In this document: positions 9,901 to 18,900 of the stretch, in pieces | How the letters are laid out: each line of letters begins with the position of its first letter | Position numbering within the stretch: the first letter of the stretch is position 1 | Source: Azolla caroliniana | Lineage: Eukaryota > Plantae > Polypodiophyta | Assembly (NCBI GenBank): GCA_043228905.1 | Contig: JBHGNT010000543.1 | Span: 1-21,105, forward strand | Length of the DNA stretch: 21,105 nt | Direction of reading: 5' to 3' | The notes under the pieces: generated by a model | The model's database searches: none | What the model saw: only the letters and a program-made list of their open reading frames with translations | Told to the model about the DNA's origin: nothing | Made by a program: the position numbers and the translations under genes

Positions 9901-12900
9901 GCCTATGTGCACGGCAAATTGCTATTGCCAGATCAATTGTAACCCCTTTGTTATGTCCTGGTTTGGAGCCCATTTGTGTATCCCGTGATGGACTTGTAGC
10001 ATTAGGAGTGATGGGGCTAAAGAAAGTTGTGATTCTTCTTTGTGGATGAGCTTATGTGTATCCCTTTCCACTTGGTATAATCATCGACTTATGTGTATCC
10101 CTTTCCACTTGATTCTAAGCGAATCATGAATTTGCCTTTGAATTATATATCTAACTTTTAAGATGACTGATTGATATTTAGAAAGAGGCTAATTCTGTGA
10201 TTCCAAAATTGTCCCTTCCATAACTCCTACTATATATTTCCCATGGCCTTACTCTTCTATCCTATAATCTTTTAGATTTACTTGTCCCGTACTGTTCGGT
10301 TAACACTATGGCACACTTGTATGACAGTGTCAATGCTTGGCTTGGATTGTTCGGCTTTGGGCTCAACTGCAATTACAGCTGTAGCTGGGCTGGTTGTATT
10401 GCCATGTGCCATGGCTTGTTCGTCTAAGACAATCAGGTTGACGTGTGGCATGTCTTGTTCGACTGGTGGGTTCTCACGCTGGTTCTCAGTGTCAGAGTTT
10501 GAAAAATAGGTGAGAATTCCTTTGTGACCTCCAGTATCCAGTCCTGCAGCCATGTCAACTGAAATGATTGGATCTGCTGAACCTCATCCTAACTTTAACC
10601 CTAACCCACAGACGAGGAGGAAGGAGAGATTCAAAAGCAGGAAGCCATGAAGACAAAAGAAGAAGGCTGCCCTGCCCTGTTCTCACAGGGAGCATACCAT
10701 TAAAGGTTGAGAAGAAGTAAAATCATAGAATAAGTACAAGAAACAGAGACTAGATGCATAAGACATGGTACAATGTTTATCAAGGACCATGTTTAAAGGC
10801 TTCCAGAATAAGCTAGAAGATGCTGATTGGCAGCCAAAGCAGTTGAAATCAGTTCCTTACTTGGCCGAGGTACGGAAAGGTGAGGTGGGCACCCTAGTCG
10901 TCTATCCTCCACTATTGTTATTAAGAAGGAATACCTCAATAGAGCATGCTGTCCTCTACGCCCATTGCTAAGAAGTTATATTGAAATGGGGTTGGTTTAT
11001 TTATAGTTCGTCCATGTGATAGAACCATTCTTGCATTTCAGCATACCCACAATGGTCATCTTCATGTTCAATAAGCTATTTGGATGACATACGTGTTAAA
11101 CCTGAGTACCTTTGCTAAGGCAGACCCCAAATCCATTGGTTACCAGTTTCTTATCAGAATAATGTCTCGGTTATTATTGGGGCTGCTCTCATCTTTTCCA
11201 GGATTATATCATGGGGTACTGATGCTTTGCTCCTTATAATGCAGGCAGTCATTGAGACCAAAGGTCTCTCCAAATTTGTTGAGCTATGTCTCTTATGAAG
11301 GCCCAATCCCCAAATAGTGGTGTTAAATACCATCACTTTAGTTTGATCAAAGTTTCCCATATGTTTTTTAAAGAGACTATCATTGAGAACGAGGGGCCAC
11401 ACTGCATGTATGCAATGTTTCATTGCTTAGCTTTGTTACATTTTTTTTCTGTTTTGGGTTCTTTGTACCTACATACTATGGATTTATTTTTATTTTTATC
11501 TCTTTGGCAATACATTTTTTGAAGTTAACTTAAGGCCTTTGAAAGGTGGAAATGCACTAATTAGTATAAAGTTTCTTTCCAACTTGCAACGGTCCATTCT
11601 TCCTTCACCTTATCTTTAGGGAAGTAAGGTTGATGATTCAAATGTAACAATTTATAAGTGTACCATGGATAAGTAATGATGCTCATTACTATTTGTAGAA
11701 ACAATGGAATACAATATATGAGATTATTTGACAGGGTTTTAATTTATTTTTCTGGTTTGATTAGATGCGCAGAGAGGACTTATGATCCAGCTAAACTTGG
11801 TGGAAATGGTATGTTAAAATTCACATAGATCCAACAAATACATGGTACAAGCTTCTAGGGGAGTATGTTTATACCGCAGAAGCTTATGGATTTAACTTGC
11901 ATTGAGTATCAATGGATTGTACACATATGAGCTATTATTTCTCACCAATAGAGATCAGTATGCTTATTTCAGCACCTCATCATAGTACACTATTCTTTAG
12001 TATGGGGTTTGGTAGGAGTCCAAAGGATTAGAACCAAATGTGTTTCAAATGTGCATATCTTTCACATGTATCATATTCGTCACTCATAAAACAAAGTAGT
12101 TTGTTTGTGTGCCTTTTGAACTTTTGCTTAGACCAACGATTTCCATACATTTTCTAGGTGTTCCTATTTATTTGTACATGAAAAGATCATAAATTTGTTA
12201 TACATCTGGCATATAGGTTCGATTCATGTATGGATGTTCGCTATGTAATATGGAAACAATCTTCTTTATTATTTGCTGTGTTAAATTTGTGATGTGATTT
12301 GTCATTTTTAATGTATTTATTTATTGTGCATGTTTGAAACTGTGATTCTTGTTTATACCAATGACTTATAGTTGATATAGAAGTAGAATAAAAAATGTAG
12401 CTTAATGTGCTAAGGTTAAACATGAAACATGAAACATGAAAAATGAAAAAGATGGAAGCTTGAACTTAAAACCAAACAAATCTTTATTGAAGACTGTGAC
12501 TGGCAATGATGATCAGACATTATGTTAACCCAAATCTTGGTATGCATAATTGGAGCTTTTTATTTGGGAAACCATACTCAATGTGAATTAATTTCCTAAA
12601 TCTGAAACATTGGTATTTGTAGTCTGGAATTTTCTTTGGCGAAATTATACCCAAATGTTGTGAGTATGATTTACCCTTGATTTCCGTAAGGGAACAGGAA
12701 AAGGTGGAACTTTACTCAATGTGGCATTGAAATTTTTGCCATGCAGAATTGGAGCTTTTCCTGGGTGCAACCGTACTCAATGTGAATATGCCCAAGTCTA
12801 AGGTCTATTTAGTATTGAACAAAGATAATAGTGAGAAGTAGATATGTGCTTGGTACAGTGGTTTAAGGCAGAACCTTGAGTCCAACTTTTAGTTGTTTTG

Positions 12901-15900
12901 AGAATCTGAATTCCATTGTGATGGAGTAGCTATTAAAGTCAAAATGAACAGTGTTTTTAGTGATCTGAAGTAGAAGTAATAGCTTAAAAAGAGCATTAGT
13001 GTAAACTGACAGAATCAGCACAAATGCAAATTACTCATTTAACGGACTCTAATATGGGTTGCCATCCATGGCCTGGCCAACTTGAACAATGAAATTGAAG
13101 AGTTCTCATAGTTGGAGAACATGAAAACTCACTATGACAAACTGCATGTTAATATTGTTCCTGTTATTCAACCAGATGCGCTTTAAATTAAATAAAGGCA
13201 ACAGACAATCCAACATCTTTCTCTGAATGTATGATATTTATGTTTTAGCATCACACGTAAACACTAAAACATAATATCAACGAATGGTGTTAACTAACAA
13301 ATTTCTCTACTATTCATGCAGTGGAGTGGATACCCTTTTCAGATCATGATCCTGCTCCCACTGAACTAATGTTCTATTTCTGCGAACGAGCGGTAGGACC
13401 TCTGTTGATTTTTGGAACCTCATTTAGGTTTTACTTTAAAGTTAAAACATGATAATGATCTCCTTATAACAATATTTACATGTTATGGACAATTTCTTGT
13501 GAAAAAAGCAACACTGATATCTAAATATTTGTTGCTTAGAGTAAATTGTGGAACACTACAAGGATGGGACTTGCAAGGGAATGCAGTAAGCTTTAGCATC
13601 ATTCAATGAACGTTGCAGTTTGCCCCAATCTCATCATTATCACTAGGTCCGAGTCATCATAACTGCCTGTAGGAGTTTGCAATTGTGATATAGGTGTCTT
13701 TTATGAGTCCCATGAAGCACTTAGTTAAATGAATGTCATATTAATGATTTTCAAATGTGCTTTGTCACTAGCACACTATCCAAATGTCCATATTGGGATT
13801 GTGTAGGAATAAGATGGATCAAAATCCAATGGTAATGATCAACATAAATATAATTGTATTTTATGTTTCTACTGTTTGTTGCACTTTAATATTGTTTTTG
13901 GAGGCCTGATAAGACATTTGGTTGAACAAGAATTATATCAGTCATTATGGAATGTGCATGGTCACCTAGCGCAAAATGCATATTTCAATCTTGGAATTTT
14001 GTAGTCTCAAAATGGATTGGGATGTGCTGATAATTGTCAACATGAATGTAGTTGAAGTTTCATGCTTCTACTGTTTGTTGCATATTAGTGTTGTTTTATA
14101 GTGTGATGCCTGCCATATCTCATACGATTAATTACAGCTAATGCGACTTAAATCTATCGAAATGCATTTATTTGTTTCAATTGGCATGGCATGCCTTCTC
14201 AGTTGAATGTAAAATGAGATTCAAGGTACTCTTCTGAATCAGCTAATGCTACTTAAATCTATCAAAATGCATGTATTTGTTTCAATTGGCATGGCATGTC
14301 TTCTCAGTTGAATGAGATTCAAGTTACTCTTCTGAATCCTAGTGTGGTCTTAACAATCTTTAGGCCCATAAACTAGCCCTATCTTCTATGCATATGGTTG
14401 TATAGCCCAATATCTCCTGTGATATGCTAGTATGTTAAGGCTTGATCTGATCCTATATCATATGCATTCCATTCAGGTTTTACTATTAGCTCTGCCCATT
14501 TGTGAGAATGATATCACGTCTAATGGATCTATGCATCTCATTATTCTTGGCTAGTGACTAATAGGTGACTAACGCAAATGTTCTCATAATGACCAAATGG
14601 TTTGAATTTGGATGATGATTCAAATCACTATGGAGCCTGCATAAATGAATTCATGTGGCTAGAGGTGGAGATCACATTCAGCATTCTCATATGCATGTAT
14701 GTTTTCATTTTCTTTTCTTTTCATTTAACTATTAAACTGCATTTCTTTTATCTTTGTGCCCTTTCATGGGGTTCTTGTTTTTCGTTCATAACTTCAAACT
14801 CAGTGTATAGTCCTATCAAAATATAGTTCTTAAATCTTTGTGAAGTTGATTGCAACTTTATCTTTGGTATTTGTACCCAAACTCTCTTATACTGGTTCCA
14901 TGGCTATTAGAGAAAGTAACATCAAATTGACCCAGACTATAGATGATTAAGAAAGAGAGTCATTGGGACCTTTACTGACTGCCAACTAGTATGTTTGAGG
15001 ATCATCTTAAACCCAAGTAAACGCCTTGAGTATTATATTGATTTACGAATGTGTTGATCTATCAGGAAGTGATTCTCAAATCAGTGATCTGATCTTATTG
15101 TTGTAGCACTGTATTTCTAATGTTGCAGAGATTGGAGTATGGAAATCTGTTAGGAATGACTTTTTCATTAGTATGCATAGAAATTACAGTATAAATGAGT
15201 TGCTACCTATTTTTTTTAAATCCATTCTAAGTTCTTAATTTACTTTACTGTGCAGTGTGAATGGCTTATGTCAGATCCAAATAATGTAATCGCTGTACAC
15301 TGTAAAGCAGGGAAGGCAAGTGTTTGTGTGTTATACCAACGTAGACTTATTATAGTTCTATTTATTAGAAGCACTCAGATGAGTTTGTTTAGATTTTTTA
15401 TTGTAGTTGTCTGTGTCTGCATGTGCATGTGGAATTGTCAAACTTGTACTATAATATATTGATTACTCTCAGGAAGCGCCTTTAAAAACTTTCAGTGTGT
15501 TTCTTCAGGGTCGGACAGGATTGATGATTTGTGCATACCTAGTATACAGCCAGGAATGTGGGGATCCCATAACAGCCCTAAGGCTTTATGGTGAGAAGAG
15601 AACAAAAAATGGCAAGGTAAAATCATGTACATGGAAAACTTAGGTTTCATTTAATTTGACTGTGTTGTATTTCCACATAAATCTAGCAATGCATGCTGAT
15701 TTTTTATCAGAAAAATCAGTTACAACAAATTTTGCATGGTGTGTATTGGCAATGATCAGAGTACTGTCTCTGAATTCCAGTGCACCAACCTACATGCAGA
15801 GATCTAAAGCTTATGATTAAAGCATAGATATAGTCTGCAAACTTGGTAAACATGTCTGTTCAGATTCCTGAGGTTTACTTAGCAATTGAATACTAAGGGT

Positions 15901-18900
15901 ATGGGGAAGTCTAGAATGAAAGGCAGAATTTTGAGTAAACATTTTTCTGAAGAAGGAAACATTTTTTTAAAGCTGTGCAAATTATCGAAGAGGTCTTAAG
16001 TTGTAAAGCTGACATCAATATTTAGTCTGTGTATTTGGACTTTAAAAGGCTCTAGGAAGGTTATGGTACTGGTGTCTAGTTCACTGCATGAACTAAGATT
16101 GCAACCTCATATTTTCCTATGAAGATTGTTTGAGGCTGATAGTGTAGGGAAAATGCTCGTATGATTATATGAACCAAGAAGGGGGCTTATCTACTTGGGT
16201 ATACACATCCAACATGATACATACATAAAAAAAGAAAGATATATTAACATCTTTTAAGAGGCCAAAATGGCCTATAAGAACAAACAATAGATTACATCTT
16301 AAGTGTTGTCTTGTCTTTGAGAACAACAAATCACAATAGAATAAGTATTATTCAGTAAATATAAAAGTAAATAAGATAAAAACAGACGATGGAATCTGGT
16401 TTTCGGCACATGTGAGATTCTCAAGTTAGATATATTGTAACTTTTGACTTCGAAAGATCTCTAGCATAGGTCGATCCAGAATGGAGAGGTCTCCAAAGGG
16501 AGGGAAGCACTTGCGATGGTGGGAGATAATGGCCTTTATTTGTCGATGATAAGGGTGATGCGGTCGTGGTCCATGGGCCGGGGCCTACTTGCACGACAAA
16601 TTGCTATTACCTGATCTATTCTAACCCCTTTGTTATGTCCTGATCGGGAGTCGATTTGTGTATGCCTTGTTTGACTTGTAGCAATAGTAAGAGAGATGGG
16701 GCTAAAGAAAGTTGTGATTTTACTTTGTGGGAGCTTGTGTGGCTGTATTATTGTTCTTCAACAACTTTTCCCTATGTCTCTTGAGTTCGAGTAAGAAAAG
16801 TCCTAGGCATTGTTGGTCCTCATATTCCATTACCTTGCATAGTGGGCCAAAGCCTTGTTTAAAGAGGCAATGGTATCTCTCTCTGATTTCATAAAAGACA
16901 CTATAGTGACAAACATAGTGTTCTTCGTATTCCACTCCTTGCTAACACAACTGGCAAATTCTTCCTTCTACAGGTATATGTGTATATGTGCCTACCTCAA
17001 TCTCTAACTGATGTGATGAAGTTCTCAGTTGCCCTATCACACTGCGAAGCGCATAGGATAGATGTATGTCCATATAAGGTGGCCTGATGATGAATCCATC
17101 CTCTGATGTGTGTATGAAGTGTGTCTTGTAGTGGGCCATATTCATACCAAGTGAAATTTTGGAGCTGATCCATGTTATCTTGTTTTCCGAGTTAATAATA
17201 TCAGTTCGGATCACTCTATTCTTTTCCACTTTGGTCATAAAGAAGCAAGCAAGAAAAATATAACTCTTATGCGCTCATGATAAAATGCATACTCCTGTAC
17301 ATGGACTTCTCATGCTATGGTATTTGTATTTTTATCTCTCTTGCCAATTCCTCTTATTGGTTTCTAAAGATGAATTGTTTACTCTATTCAATAAGCATAC
17401 ATTTTTATTCTATTTCTGAGAGAAAGAGAACAAAATAGAGAGGAAAATTTAAAATTTCAGGGTGTGACTATCCCTAGTCAAAGACGTTACCTGGATTATT
17501 TTTATGATATTTGGAAGAATGGACCTCGGAATATTGTGTCCTTGATGATATCAAAGATAGTATTGTACTCGAATATCTCACATAAATCAGGCATGTTCAA
17601 ACTTTGGATCTTTTTTTGTTGTTGGTTAGTACGGCTTAAATTTACAATGCTAAAAATATATTGGTTTTTCAATTTATTTTAGTTCTAAATTATGAGCTAA
17701 AGTGTTGTCATGTTTGTTCTTTCTGTATGTAATAACTTTATGATTTAGGTATTCGAGTATCTATAGCTTGCAACGGGGGCAATAATAGTTTCAAGTTAAA
17801 CTCCATCTTGGAATCAAAAGTAAGTGTTGCAAAGGACAGCTGCATTTGTTCTTCTTTCATGAGATTATTTAATAACAATCTTATTTCGCTGGGTGCTCTC
17901 GAAATTGGGCAAGACAAACATTGCATAGCTCTTGTGAAACAGTTGAGGGCCAGTGGTCCCTAGACTGGATGAGCCAAGGCTGGTAGGCCCTAGGATTGCC
18001 ATATTTCAGTCTAGTTATCAATGTATTCCGATGTGTGGAGATGTGTATGTCAGTTGCAAAGCTTGTGCCACTTACTGAGACACTCTGAAGGTAGGGGTTA
18101 GGCTATACAGAGTGGGATAAATGAGTTGGTTAGGATATTTTGGAAAAGATGAACCACTTTGCAACATCAGCAAAAGTTTCTTTCATCAAACGCGCCTCTT
18201 TGGATGTAGAATTCAAAAGTCAGATTTGAGATTACTAAAGAGATACTCTTGAGTCTAAGATCTGCAGAAAACTTGGCTGACTTGTTAAACTGTCTTGGTC
18301 TATGGCGATTGATTTACTAGCCCCACAGAACAGTTGCCTAGACCATGGTTTTGCAACTGGCTATGATTAAGCAGAATCGGAGTCAACCTTGCTGGTGTCT
18401 TGATACCAAATTTGTCTCATTTGTGGATGATACTCAGTTCAGGTTAACATGAGTACAAGCCCATCGAGAAGCGCGAGAGACTTTTTGCATGACATAGATC
18501 TCAAAGTCAGTACTGGTTAAAGCTAAGGTAATGGTGTCTAAAACGACATGAACATGGGTAGCTAGTCAAGAGTATCAATTCACATGTGATGGGCAGCTAC
18601 TAGGGTATATGGATTCACAATTATACCTAGGAATCACTCTTGAGGGTCCATGAATCTCCATGAGGGAGTAGTGAAAAGAAAAATTCCCTTTTTATGCTAG
18701 CTGATATAAGAACAAGTTCAACACACACTTGTATCTGATGTCTGTTTGCAAATGAACGAGAATTATGATTTGATCAATGAGTAACTTGCACCTGCCTGTT
18801 TTATGTTCGGGATGGGAGTTGTGCAATTACATTGTCTATTTGGTTCACGCATTGAGGACTGTATGTGAAGAGTTGTAATTTGATCAATGAATAACTTGCA

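Noticed and set aside
10051-10111. Repeat-spacer-repeat resembling CRISPR
   Set aside because: Only two units, a 13-bp spacer, eukaryotic intron, no cas genes.
12851-12870. A-box-like TGGTACAGTGGTTTAAGGC
   Set aside because: No downstream B-box or tRNA fold.
15250-15462. PTEN as a pseudogene because the ORF track shows HCKAGK followed by unrelated sequence
   Set aside because: Explained by the GC-AG intron; the spliced CDS has no stops or frameshifts.
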